A DNA stretch of 64,000 nucleotides. Source: Craspedostauros australis. Taxonomy: Eukaryota. Shown piece after piece: positions 33,448 to 45,400 of this stretch; the first letter of the stretch is position 1; each line of letters begins with the position of its first letter. The position numbers were made by a program, and so were the translations under genes. The notes beneath the pieces are model-generated. The model saw only the letters and a list, made by a program, of their open reading frames with translations. It was not told the origin of the DNA and did no database searches. The stretch is from assembly GCA_030167865.1 (NCBI GenBank), contig JALAGF010000480.1, positions 1-64,000 on the forward strand, in the 5' to 3' direction.

Positions 33448-34622
33448 ATGAAGGTCAGCGAAGCATTGTGCAAGCCGAGCGACGAGGTGAAGCAGCTGCT
33501 GGAGGGACTCTATGAGTGTTCCCCCTGGGTGGCGGACAAGTTCGTCAAGGAACGCACGGCGCAGTCCCAAGGCAAGGGTGACGACGGCGCAGCGACTGCG
33601 CCAATCACAACCGTCACGGGCCTCGCCAAGGCGCTGAAGAGCATCGTCGACGACTCCACCCAAGATGAGAAGATGCTGCTGATCCGATCGCACCCGGATC
33701 TGTGCGAGAAGGTCTCCGAGATGGCCAACCTCAGCGAGGAGAGCCAGGATGAGCAGAGCCGGGCAGGCCTGCAGTCGCTGACGGTTCAGGAGTTTGCGGA
33801 CTTTGAGCGCAACAATGCGGCATACAAGCGCAAGTTCGAATTCCCGTTCATCCTTGCCGTGCGCAACGCGACGAAGTACACGGTCCTCAGCGCGATGGCC
33901 GGGCGGCTGGAGAACAGCGCGCAGCAGGAATTCGCGATCGCCATGCAGCAGGTTCACAAGATTGCGTGGATGCGCATCCTTGCCAAGTTCGAATCGGATC
34001 AGCCGGCAGGTTTTTTGACATGCCATGTGTTGGATACGGCGAATGGATGTCCAGGTAAGTCGGCGCTTGCTGTTGTTGTTGGTTGATGTGGGCGGCTTTG
34101 CTCTGCTTGCATTTGAAGCGTTTCCTTGGGACGAGTAGTCCCATGCATTCGATGGTACAGAGTATTGTGCAACCACATGTCCGGCGTGATGCTTTGCGAT
34201 GATTCTACCACTATACGTACGTACTCGTATGTTGACCCGCCCCTTTCCACACTCCTCCGCATACTTGTGTCCCTCTTTCGGCGCCATTTCGACATCTCTC
34301 CAACACCGCAGCACGCAACATGAGGATCCAACTACACCGACTATCGCCGCCAGAATCTGCAGGGCTCGTCGGAGAGTTCGTGACCAACTCGGACGGGCGC
34401 CTAGATGGCGGCCCGGCCTTGAAGGGCAGCGACTTCCAGGTGGGGAGCTACGAATGGACGTTCTATGCAGCTGACTACTTCGCTTCGCGGGGGACGTTCA
34501 CCTCCGGTACCCCCTTCCTCGATGTGATTCCAATTCGCTTCGGCATCGACAATCCCGACGACCACTACCACGTGCCGCTGCTCGTCAGTCCTTGGAATTT
34601 CTCGACGTACCGAGGGAGCTAA
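33448..34622 (+). CDS. TTL: Bifunctional OHCU decarboxylase / HIU hydrolase (allantoin synthase, transthyretin-like fusion)
   Basis: Exons 33448-34054 and 34312-34622 (phase 1; 305 aa). OHCU decarboxylase motifs YECSPWVA, HPDL, EQSRAG and YKRKFEFPFILAVR. HIUase motifs CHVLD, TNSDGR, HYHVPLL and a C-terminal YRGS. Confidence 0.95.
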
Positions 34623-35489
34623 CATGACTGGATTGCATCGCGTCGCATCGTGCCGCTTTGGATTGAACGGGACAGAATCAACGTGCGTTGAATGGTGTTG
34701 CGCCGTGGCGATCCAATGGAAGTTTGAGTAGCCGCTAAGTTCATGAACTCGAGTTTTGAATGAATATAATGATGATGATGGAACAAGGTCACGAAGACAG
34801 ATGCGTTGGTGGCATGCTTTGCCCATCGTTCATGTTAGTGTGTACGCAAACAATATCCAAGTAGTATAGAATAGAGCAGAGTAGAGCATAAGAATAGTAA
34901 ATAGAGGAGAGCACGTGGGAGAGAGTAAATAGTTCGTACATAGAATGGGAGTACTCGTACTGAAGTAGTGGTTGTACTGTACTATGGCATGTGTATTAAT
35001 AGTATGGTGCGGCAAGTTGCACGACTATCAATCTCCAACGACTCTGAGAACATTCACAACGGTCAAGGTGCACGTAAGGAGTCTTGCTTGTCCTCAAGCG
35101 ACACGGCTGCACGTGCCGTTGTCGCATCTGCATTGCCGCTCGGATTGGGTCAAGTCGTTGGTGATGTTATGACGTCATTCCGTCATTTTTTGCGTCTTGT
35201 TTCTTCCGCGAATGCGCGTCGTGGTTGCCAACCGCGCCAAAAATGGAAGGTGAGCAAGACACAAGCGCCGTTTTCTAACATCCATCGACAGAGTCTCAGA
35301 CACATGACACAAATGCTCGCTCTCTTGGGCACAACGGCGTCATTCGATCGTCACCTTGACATCGCATCGAGGAGTGAGCCCAATCCAACACAAGCAAAAA
35401 GGCGTCAGAAGTGACAGAAGCGGCGGCAATCACAGCGAAGGCAGCAACATAATATATTCGCGACTCATCGCAACTTCGCAAGACTCACG

Positions 35490-38235
35490 ATGTCGTCGAA
35501 GGATCCCAATGTGATGCGAAGGCACGCCAACAATACCAGCAGCAAGAACGGTGGCAGCAGCGTCCACCATGGCGAAAGCCATCACCGCAGGAACGTGCAA
35601 GGTGTGACCAAACGCCATCAGGCATCCGGCGTCTCCACCCGCTCGACGGATGCCATGGAGAAGGGGAAATCCATGGCATTCTCCGACAACGGCAGGACGA
35701 GCAAGAGCTCCGGCTCTCCGCGAGGCAACAACAACAAGGGAAGCTACGCCCGATCCAACGCTGCACAACGACGATTCCCAAACTCCAATCGATGGGACAG
35801 AGTGCGACGACGCATGATCCTGCATTTCCGACGTCAATCCAGAACGGCGCAGGGCTTTTACGTCCTCATCGCCACCATCGTGCTGGTCGTCTGCCTGCTG
35901 CTGTCCCTCATCGTCTCCTTCGTCGTGCATCAGAAGGTCGTGCAGCACAATCCCGATCCTGCGCTGCAGCTCATCAAGAACAAGGCCAAGGATATTCGCA
36001 AGGCGTCGTCGTCTTCGAGCAATCGGTTTGGGAAGGTGTATCGCGTCGTGACGGGCGATAGCAATGAGGGTATCGACAGCGCGTTTGCAGAACGGCCGCA
36101 CGGCAACCGCAGCAGTCGACGGCGACGTGATTTGGAGGATTTGATGCAGATGCCGATCATCATTCAAACTTTTGCGAAGGAAGGATCGCACAACGCACCG
36201 ATCGATCAATACGTCGTTCCGAAACCCGCAGAATTGGGAAGGACCGCGCAATGGGAAATGAAACAGGAGGACTTCGGCGAATTGCATTTGGAATTCTTCG
36301 TGGAGGATGACGCACAGCGCAACATCTATTACTTCCACGAGGACTACATCAGTCATTTCCGTCCGCCGGACACGCCGTGCGATGATGATGTTGATACCTA
36401 CTACGCCTTTGACGATGACATGCAACGCGGTGATTTTCTGCGTTACAAAGAAGTTGGGCAAGATAAGAAGAACTGCCGAAGGGTTGCGGATCACAAGCTT
36501 AATCTGCCGGATTGCAATCGGGTGCACGAATACAATTGGATTGAAGAAGGGGCCAAGTTCTTGGGGTACGTTCGGCACTGCGATCTCGATGACCGCAGCG
36601 ATCAGCGTTGGACAAATACTTGTTGGGGTTGGTTGCTTGGCTGGTCATTGGCTTTGGCTTTGGAGCAACCGCGTATCAAAATGGTATGGTCCCATCCATC
36701 CACTATACTCGACTTGCAACTCACGAACCCTTCCTGTTGCTTTGTGCCGCCCTCTCTGTTCGCCCAATATCATGTGGTACACTCTAATATTCTTCACCCT
36801 CACTAACATCGACGCAGAGCCGGATCGTATCGAGAAGTTTGGTCGTTGGACTTGAAGCACATGGAGGAAGATGAAATGACAGTCGTGAAGCAGCTCACGT
36901 ATGAGTAAGTGAATCATCATCTTGATCAATGAGCAGTGCCTCAATATGTCTCGCGCCTTGGTGTTTCAATCATTCCTCACACGCATACGTACTCGTGCGA
37001 ACAACACGACATCCACTGCACTCCATTCTGAATTGAACACCCATCGCCACCACCCACCCACGCATGCCACGCAGTCACGAGGTGGATCTCAAGAACTTTG
37101 AATTCGTCCGCATGGATGCCATCGTGGCAGAACGGCTGACGAGCCACCCCTTGATCTTTGACATCTATGGCTTCTGCGGTCTTGTGCTGATGAGCGAGTA
37201 CTTCCCGCACGGCGATCTCGAACCTTTGGCAGTTCCCAACGATACCGACGAGCAGGTCTACCGCGAAGGCCAGCCACTGGTAGGGCACAATGAATTTAGT
37301 GCGAAGGAAAAGCTGGATGCTGCCATCGCGATGGCGGAAGGATTGGCGGTGTTGCATGGGCATGAGGGTGGCGTCATCGTGCATGATGACGTCCAGCTTG
37401 CGCAGTACCTCTACAACAAGGACATGACGATCCTGAAATTGAATGATTTCAACCGTGCGGAATTCATGCTGTACGACGAAGAATCGAAGACGTATTGCAA
37501 GTACAAGAATGGTGAAGGACACGGAACGGTACGTGGCACGGTGTGGTGTGGCGTGGATGACTGCCCGCGATGTTTGCATTGGCGTTGCGTGATTTGCTGC
37601 GGGGAGGCAGCTACGGCCCGGTTTCAATGTGGTGGTTCCTTGGTGCCACGACAAATTCTATGATGGCGAAGATGATGCAAGTGTGCACCTTGTGAGATCC
37701 TTCTATGATATTCTACTTGCTCATCTCACACTTCTGCACACGACGCCGCTGATAACAATGACTGTCAATCCTCGTTACTTTCTGTACCGTGACATCGCAT
37801 CGTGCCGTGCTGGGGTTCACTGTTTCGTGCCCTGTCGTACTCAATCGCGTTCCACCGAATCAAATCACCTCTCATGTTCGGCAGTGGAGAGCACCCCAAG
37901 AATACATAGATGCAGCGCTAGACGAAAAGATCGATGTCTTCTCCTACGGGAACAACGTGTTTGCGGTGCTGACTGGGACATGGCCATTCGTGGGATCGCC
38001 GGGCTACAACGAGAAGTGGACGGACGAAGACATTTCCGACATGATCGAGAGTGGGATCATGCCCAAGGTTGACCAGAGGTGGAAGGACGAAGGACCCATC
38101 GAGAAGACGCTCGTGGAAGTTATCGAACGCTGCCTCGTCGCGGATGTTGAAAAGCGTGCGAGCATCTTCGAGATCTGCGAAATGCTGTGGAAGACGAAGG
38201 ATGAGCTGGCGGCGACGGAAGATACTGCCGATTGA
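35490..38235 (+). CDS. Type II membrane-anchored atypical protein kinase (PKDCC/VLK-like), 4 exons
   Basis: Exons 35490-36565, 36818-36904, 37075-37528 and 37885-38235 (655 aa). TM helix FYVLIATIVLVVCLLLSLIVSFVV; Gly loop FLGAGSYREVW; VVK; catalytic loop HDDVQLAQ; NDFN; WRAPQEY; EKIDVFSYG. Confidence 0.82.
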
Positions 38236-38463
38236 TGGCGAGAGCAGTGAACGCTCCGGCCTTGCAGTGTTTTCGTGGGCTGCTGCGAATTTTGCATCCA
38301 ATCATGCTTGGACATGCTCGCATACTCTGCCATACGGATAGAGCGCTACACGTATTGGTACGATAACCAGACGGGACAGTCAGCAACTGCACTCGATACT
38401 CGACCAGTATGCGTCGAGAAGCCAGATGCGATTTGGCAAATACAGTAGAAAGATGAGAAGAAA

Positions 38464-38496
38464 ATTGTATTGTATTGTATTGTATTGTATTGTATT
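38464..38496. repeat. (ATTGT)6 microsatellite
   Basis: Directly visible. Confidence 0.9.
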
Positions 38497-39176
38497 CCCG
38501 CGCTGCGAGCACTCCTGATCCCGCGCTGTTGATGGCTCTTGGATGGAAGTAACCACCATCTTGCCAGCACGATCTAGTTCGACGACAGGGGGTTGGCGTT
38601 TGGTCGGTGCATGGCTTGCATCCAGAGGTCATTGGTGATGGATCATGTCGCATCGAATCGCATCAAGCTTCTTTGTATCCGGCTCTTACTCTCGAGGATC
38701 TGCTTGTGCCACATCACTATGCAGCAGCTGTTTGACTTCTTTGATACATCGGATGCCAGCTGTGGTATCCTCCCATTCATCGAACCACATGCTTCATGGA
38801 ACGATGGTTAGTCAGTCACAGTTGCATTTTGTCGTGGAAATCTGGTGAGCAAGAAGGACTTGATGCGCCGCTTTTTTGGTGGGGAGTTGTCGACCCGCGC
38901 CCACTTTTCGACGACACATCTGCGCGTCCACCTCTCTTATTGTGAAGCATCGCTGCGCTTGTTGCCATGTGTCAAACAGATTGTGCATATCTTTTGAACG
39001 CTCGGCTTTGCGCACAAAACGATCAGACCACATTCCTCACGACTGAGCACCGTCGTCTCTGCACACTATTGCCTCCCTCCTTCTCTGCCTCGGCACCATT
39101 TGAATCCTCTCTGCTCCACCACCCAGCACAGCTATCCTCGCACTCTTTCTCATCAGCGCCAGTGCCCACACTCGCC

Positions 39177-40943
39177 ATGTCAAGTCCCGAACGAACGACC
39201 GACCATCAAGCCAACGCTGCGCCAAGCAGCTCAGCATCAAGGCCTGCTCCAAGCCCAGCACAGATGCTGGTCTCACCGCCGACGATCCCGCGACGGATAA
39301 GGCAGAAGCCGCACCGATTCAGCCCTTCGTTCGCTCCTCGCAAGCCCAAGAAGGCCAAGCCGATCAAGACGTCGCAGCCGGCGAGGCAATCGAAGTTCAT
39401 CACCCCGACAAGAACATCGACAACAAAGCCTTGGGCAAGCCGCAACTCTTCCGTGACCTGCGACCGTGAGCCCCTCATCTGGAAGTTCGGGGACTCCAGG
39501 GCGTACCAGCGCATCGTGGTGCCGGGATGTCTGAACGGCGCGAGCATGACGACGCTTTCCGACAGCTCCCCGGCGATGTGCGTCACGCCCCTCTCAGGTG
39601 GATCCAAACATGAACCGATGGAACGCATCGATCCTGCCAAGTACACTATAACGTCGTTCGTGCATCGTGGTCAAGTCTTCTCGGAATCGCCATCTCCGTT
39701 ATCGTCGCCGGCACCATCTTCACGGTCTCCATCCATCTCATCGTCGGGCGGAGATACACCAGCTGTAATTCTACGTAGTAGCAGCTGTGATGCGAAGGAA
39801 GAAGAAAACAGCCCGAAGACAGATCGCGATGCACACAACAACAACAACCAGAATGCCGGCCCGCAAACCAAGCAGTTGGTTGAGGGGGCTCTTAAGCCGC
39901 CGCCACGCGTCGCGAACACCACAATGGTGCATCCCAGTCCTTCGCAACGCACCCCATTCGGCGTTATCCAACACAATCTTCAGTCTCCGTCTCGGCAGCA
40001 TCCGGGCATGGTGATGCAAACCCCAGGGCGAGTGAAACCGCCGGCGCCCCAACCTCCACACCAGCGGTCGCACCAGTGGCGACATCGGTGGCCACAGCCT
40101 CACTCGTCCAACCCTGCGATGCGGCGTATGTGGAATGCATCGTCAACTCCACGACCAAGCACTCTGTTGCCGTTCAGGTCTCCTCCTCCGATCCACCGCG
40201 CATTCTCACCGGCAACCCCCTGCGGCACCACTCGGCAACATGACCACGCTGCAGCTCAGAATTGGCATGCAGCGTCGCCGTCTACCCAGCGCCCATCACC
40301 GAGCGCCGCGACGACCCGTATTCCCTCCCAACCTGAAGCCCAACCAAGATTCTCGCCGACGCCCGGAAAGAAGGTGACGCCATCTCCTCAATCCATGCGA
40401 GGCTGGAACGAGAAGCGCCCTGTCACTCCGAAAGAGGTCGAGGCGTTCATGCAGTCTCTCAAAGGACCTCGAACAACGGAGCCAGCACCGAAACCAACAG
40501 CCGCGCAGCTTGGTGGCGGCGATGATCAGCAACCGTCCGATCATCGTCGGTCCGGTGAGAGTCCGTCCTCCCTCATGGAATTGGATGATGAGCCTGACGC
40601 AGCACTCGGACCGACCGCAGGAGATGCCTCCGCCACTGCCACTGTTACTGCCATGGATGGATCCGAGGATGTCTCCGCATCGTCGCTAATGCAGGAATTC
40701 ACCAAGGCAACGGGAACGGAGCTGGAGAACATGAGGACGTCGATGCCCATGGGCAAGTTGTGCGATGACTTGTTTTTCCTGGAGTCTCCCGCAGTCTCAG
40801 ATTCGTTGATCGCTGGAGAGTTCAAGTCAGACGCAGGTGCGTTCTCCACCGATCCTCACGCGCCGTACCGCCTGCCGCCTGTTGCGAGAGCCAACAGCGA
40901 GAGCTCGTCATTCCATCCATTTCAGTCGAACACCACAATCTGA
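39177..40943 (+). CDS. Pro/Ser-rich, largely disordered hypothetical protein
   Basis: Long ORF (38967-40943) with likely ATG at 39177 (gccATGt). One compact segment, LIWKFGDSRAYQRIVVPGCL...YTITSFVHRGQVF; many SP/TP dipeptides. Confidence 0.65.
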   Translation: MSSPERTTDHQANAAPSSSASRPAPSPAQMLVSPPTIPRRIRQKPHRFSPSFAPRKPKKAKPIKTSQPARQSKFITPTRTSTTKPWASRNSSVTCDREPLIWKFGDSRAYQRIVVPGCLNGASMTTLSDSSPAMCVTPLSGGSKHEPMERIDPAKYTITSFVHRGQVFSESPSPLSSPAPSSRSPSISSSGGDTPAVILRSSSCDAKEEENSPKTDRDAHNNNNQNAGPQTKQLVEGALKPPPRVANTTMVHPSPSQRTPFGVIQHNLQSPSRQHPGMVMQTPGRVKPPAPQPPHQRSHQWRHRWPQPHSSNPAMRRMWNASSTPRPSTLLPFRSPPPIHRAFSPATPCGTTRQHDHAAAQNWHAASPSTQRPSPSAATTRIPSQPEAQPRFSPTPGKKVTPSPQSMRGWNEKRPVTPKEVEAFMQSLKGPRTTEPAPKPTAAQLGGGDDQQPSDHRRSGESPSSLMELDDEPDAALGPTAGDASATATVTAMDGSEDVSASSLMQEFTKATGTELENMRTSMPMGKLCDDLFFLESPAVSDSLIAGEFKSDAGAFSTDPHAPYRLPPVARANSESSSFHPFQSNTTI

Positions 40944-41169
40944 ACCATTGGGCAGCACAAGGATCGCTGGTGCGCACTGGTAGTAATCCCCGCCACCGAC
41001 TCAGTGAAGCGCGAGGGCGGGCTTGTACCGTCGCTTATGCACATACCTTAGATAATGAATGGCCTGTGCTGCTGCACAGTGCCACAATAGTAGATTAAGA
41101 TTCCAACCACACGGATGATGGAGAGCAATGCCGTCTGTCTCTCCAGTGTCTGCTTGCCAATCTCTGTGA

Positions 41170-41757
41170 TCACATGTCGTCCGGCATTCGGTGCAGCAGA
41201 TCATCGAGGACGATCGGTTCAACGAAGTTGGCCACCGAGCACTGGCTACCGTCAGCATCGCTCGACTCGTCTGCCCATTCCACAGGAATCTTGGCAAGAA
41301 GTTGCTCAGGCCCAAGCTCCACAAACTCAATCGGCTCCACCATGACGCATCGCGAAGCATGTTCCTGCGATTGCGCTGCGGCCTCCAACTTCAATCCTCG
41401 CACCACACCATGCTCGCAGTTGTGCGTCCACACGACTTGGATGGTATCGACGCACGCCAGCTCCACTTGCGGCACCGCATCGTCGTCGGGACTGCCAACC
41501 CAGACGCCGTCCACCATCCAACGTCCCGTCTGATAGGCGATGACGTCTCCGTCGTGCAGCATTGCCGAGAGATGCATCTCGCCGCGTCCGAACATGGACG
41601 TGTCGCTTTGCACGAGGATGCGGTCCTCTGCTGCGGCATGCAGGGCTGTGTGTTGGCTGTGTCGGGCTGGGTGGATTGCCAAGAATGCGGTTGCGAGTGG
41701 CAGCATCAGAGTGGCGATCGTCACGAACAAAGACATGATGGCTGGCATCTTCAGCAT
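41170..41757 (-). CDS. Hypothetical protein, probably plastid-targeted
   Basis: Signal peptide ...LPLATA-FL followed by a transit-like segment ending TALHA, then a globular region (FGRGEMHLSA...VVWTHNCEHGVVRG...ELGPEQLLA). Confidence 0.75.
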   Translation of the reverse strand: MLKMPAIMSLFVTIATLMLPLATAFLAIHPARHSQHTALHAAAEDRILVQSDTSMFGRGEMHLSAMLHDGDVIAYQTGRWMVDGVWVGSPDDDAVPQVELACVDTIQVVWTHNCEHGVVRGLKLEAAAQSQEHASRCVMVEPIEFVELGPEQLLAKIPVEWADESSDADGSQCSVANFVEPIVLDDLLHRMPDDM

Positions 41758-41910
41758 GTGTGTCCACGTTGGAGTTGTTGCGACTTGTTTTCAACGTGGG
41801 CGGAGATTACGATCTATGGTACTCTACCCTACCCTACCCTACTATTGGTACTGGTAATAGTATGCGGTGCTATGCATCTGTTTCCAAACACCCAGATGTG
41901 GAGGATGGGG

Positions 41911-41965
41911 ATCATCATCATCGTCGTCATCATCATCGTCATCATCATCGTCATCATCATCGTCG
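41911..41965. repeat. (CATCATCATCGT)n trinucleotide-based repeat
   Basis: Directly visible. Confidence 0.85.
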
Positions 41966-42495
41966 CCCTCTCTCCCCCTTGGCTTTGAACAATCGTTTTG
42001 GTGGCTTCTCCCAACCAACAATCACGAGGAACAGAATTCCCCAAACAAGATCAAAAGCCCGCCGTGGAAATCAGTCATGCGAGTCAATCGTCATAGCACT
42101 TTATGAGACCTTAATGACGTCACGAAACTGATGCGCAGAACGTGAGCGCGCGTGCCGGACATCTCGTGTCGCTTGCTTCCGACAACGCACCAAGACAACC
42201 GAACAACGTGAAAACAGACCATGGTTGGACGATGCAGCGCGTTGGTGTCAGCGCCAACCAAAACTCAACGAAAAAGAGAAGAGTTTGGATGACTTGCTTT
42301 TGGTGGAGAAATCGAATCCGAGAACACAGCGACCTCGACCCAACGCAACACAACACAACACAAACAACTTCTTCAACGAAACAGATCGACGCGAGAGCAC
42401 AAGCACAATCCACTGCACTCTAATTCTCTGCATTGGTCTCAACACAGAACGGCAGAGAGGCATCGAGATCATCCGCAACGTGCGCAGAAGCGAAG

Positions 42496-45400
42496 ATGTC
42501 GCAAGAATGTGATCTGTCGCCCGAGGAGGAGGAGCTGGCCATGAACGAAGCCAGGAGCAGAGGCCTTCCGGATGGTTGGGCCGTCAAGTTGGATGTAAGT
42601 GCGCTGGCGCTGCTGCTGCCTTTGCGGTGCCATTCATGACAGCATCTCGACTCGCATGGTACATGCATTGCTCACGCGTCCATCTCATCCTCCCTCCACA
42701 TTGCCATCACCATCGACCTCCACATCGACCTCCACATTGCCATCCATATCGCCATCGCCACCAATCCTGCGACCAACAATGCAATAGCAGAAACGAAAGC
42801 GTCGCAAATGGATCAGCCCGAACGGACGCAGGGTGGACTCCATTCCCAAGGCGCTGGCCATGTCCGTCACCATGGGACTCATCTCTCCGGACACTCCCAT
42901 TCGATCTCCGTCCAGCAAACGCGCCGGTCCCAAATCGCCCAAACCGATACCAGTGGAGGAGATATCCTTGGAGGGCATCCCGCCGGAGATCGCTGCGACG
43001 CTGCCGCCGATGCCAATCATCAAGAAGCGCGGACCGGGCAGACCTTCCAAGAAGGACAAGCTCCTCATGCAGCAGCAGCAGAAACAGATCGAGCAGTACC
43101 GCAGGCTCACGGCGCAGGCGCAAGCGCTTGCCAAGCAGCAGAAGGAGATGAACCGCATGCAAAGGCAACGACCCAACAAGCGTTCCAACTTCACGTACGA
43201 CGAGACGAAGGACGAGACCGACGACGAGTACGGGGACGATGCAGAATACCACGACGACGGATTGGGCAGCCCAGCCCAGCGCAAACGGAGGAGGAAGTCA
43301 ACTCCCAAGGCGGAAGCAAGTCGCAAGGCGACCGCGGCGGCAAAAGCGAAGGCCCAGCAGAAGAAGCTCAAGACGGCTGTCGCCTCCACACCCGAAGTCG
43401 AAATCAGCACAGACACGGACGACGCCATGGATGACGATGACGACCAGGAGACAGACGACGAAAACGCCGGCAACGGCACATTCCTCTATGAAATTGACGA
43501 CTGCGACAGCGACGCACATGCCTTCGATGACGATGACCGCAACCATGCCGGCAAGGGCGAGGATAGTGATGGTGGGGATGACAAATCGACGGAATGCCCC
43601 ACCAATCCGGAGACGACCCTCAGGGTCGATCACTCGCATTTGACCACCGTGCATTGGGACCCCAACGCAGCCGATGGACGGCGTATCGGCTGGAGGGTGC
43701 GAATTGCGGACAATCACGCCGATGACTGGAAGGCCGGCCGCATCATTCGTTACGATCCCTGCACGCACAAGCACAAAATACAGTTCACGGGCGAAACCAG
43801 ATCGGTGGACAAGGTCGACAGGCAGAACTGTGCGTGGCTTCATCTGCGGGTTGAGGAAGGCGTGCAGATTGCCACCAAGCTCGTTTGGGCGCACGTCAAG
43901 GGTTACGCGTGGTGGCCGGCCATGGTCATGGATTCGGATGCCGTCCCGCCAAAACGAGAGGGATATCTCACGGTGGAATTCTTCGGCACAGCAGAAGTCG
44001 CCACACTTCGCATCGGTCCGGAGAGCATCCGTCCCTTCATGCAGGGGCATGTCGACGACATCATGTCCAAAAACAAAAAGAAGCGCAACGCGCACGCTGT
44101 GCAGCTGGCGCTGGAGGAAGAGGCGGTCATCTACCAGGTCCGCAACGACGCTGCCCGCTTCTATGCCAAGAAGGCCATGCTCTTCAATTCGCACGTGGGA
44201 AATGACTTGGTCGGAAGACGCGTCGAGGTCTTCCGCGACGACATCAACTACCCCTACGGCGAGACGCTGTGCGGAAAGGTGCGGCTCTACAGTCCGCAGC
44301 AAAAGAAGTGGCTCGTGTCCTACGAAATGTCGACGGGGAGCCGCAAAAAGCAGGAGCCGTCATGGATCGATCTGCAGAGCAAGCAGCACAAGACGAGGAT
44401 CTTCGGCGTCAAGTCTGGATCAGCATCCGCAACGACCTCCGTTCCAGTCTCGGCATCCATACCGCCGGTGGCAGCGCCAGATGTTGCGGAGGATGACATC
44501 GTGCCATTCCTGGTCGGTTATCGATTGCCTGAGACGGACGTGCATTTGAAGGATGGAGCGGGCCAGGCCGAGGCCCACCTCGTGAAGCTATGCAAGACTG
44601 CGTGCCGGGCCTGCGTCGACAGCTTCAAGCCCAATGAAACGAAACTGCAATGCGTCTCGTGCAAGGCGAGATATCACATTGGGTGCGTCGATCCACCCCT
44701 GTCCAAGGAAGACTACCAACGCATGGCGAAGTCGGGCGATGTTGACACTTGGAAGTGCTCCAAATGCATCACCTGCCGCGGATGCTACCAAAAGGACATT
44801 GCGTTCGGTTGCAGCACCCAGCCGGTCCCGTGCACAGTGTCCTTCCCAGAAGATGAATCCTTCGACCTCTGCTCCATGTGCATCAAGGCCTACGCGAAGA
44901 GCCAGTACTGTCCCAACTGCGCGCACTCGTGGGACGACGAGCACTACCAATGCGTGCAACGACAAGTCCGATGGCTCGAAAAGCCAAAATCCAAGAAACG
45001 AAGTCGCAAACGCAAGAGCGAGGAACCCGTTTCAGTGCACTACGAAGAAGGCACGTATTCGGCACCGGCCAACACGAATCTGGATGATACGGAACTGCCG
45101 CTGGGTGCGCACGTCAATCCGACGTGGTACTTCCCTGAAACCGCCAAGTGGGGATTCACCGAGGTGGACATGCTGACGTGCGATGCCTGCAAGCTGTGGG
45201 TCCATGCCGGATGCGCCGGTCTCAACGAGGAAGAGTACGATCTCACGAGCAGCGGCAAGCATTCCATCTACGGCAAGGAATTTCTGTGTCGCGTTTGTTG
45301 CCGCAAACGCTGCATTGACATCATCCAAAAGCTGCAGGCCGAGGATTCCATGCTGCTATTCGCAGAGCCGGTGACGGACCGCATCGCCGCCAACTACCTG

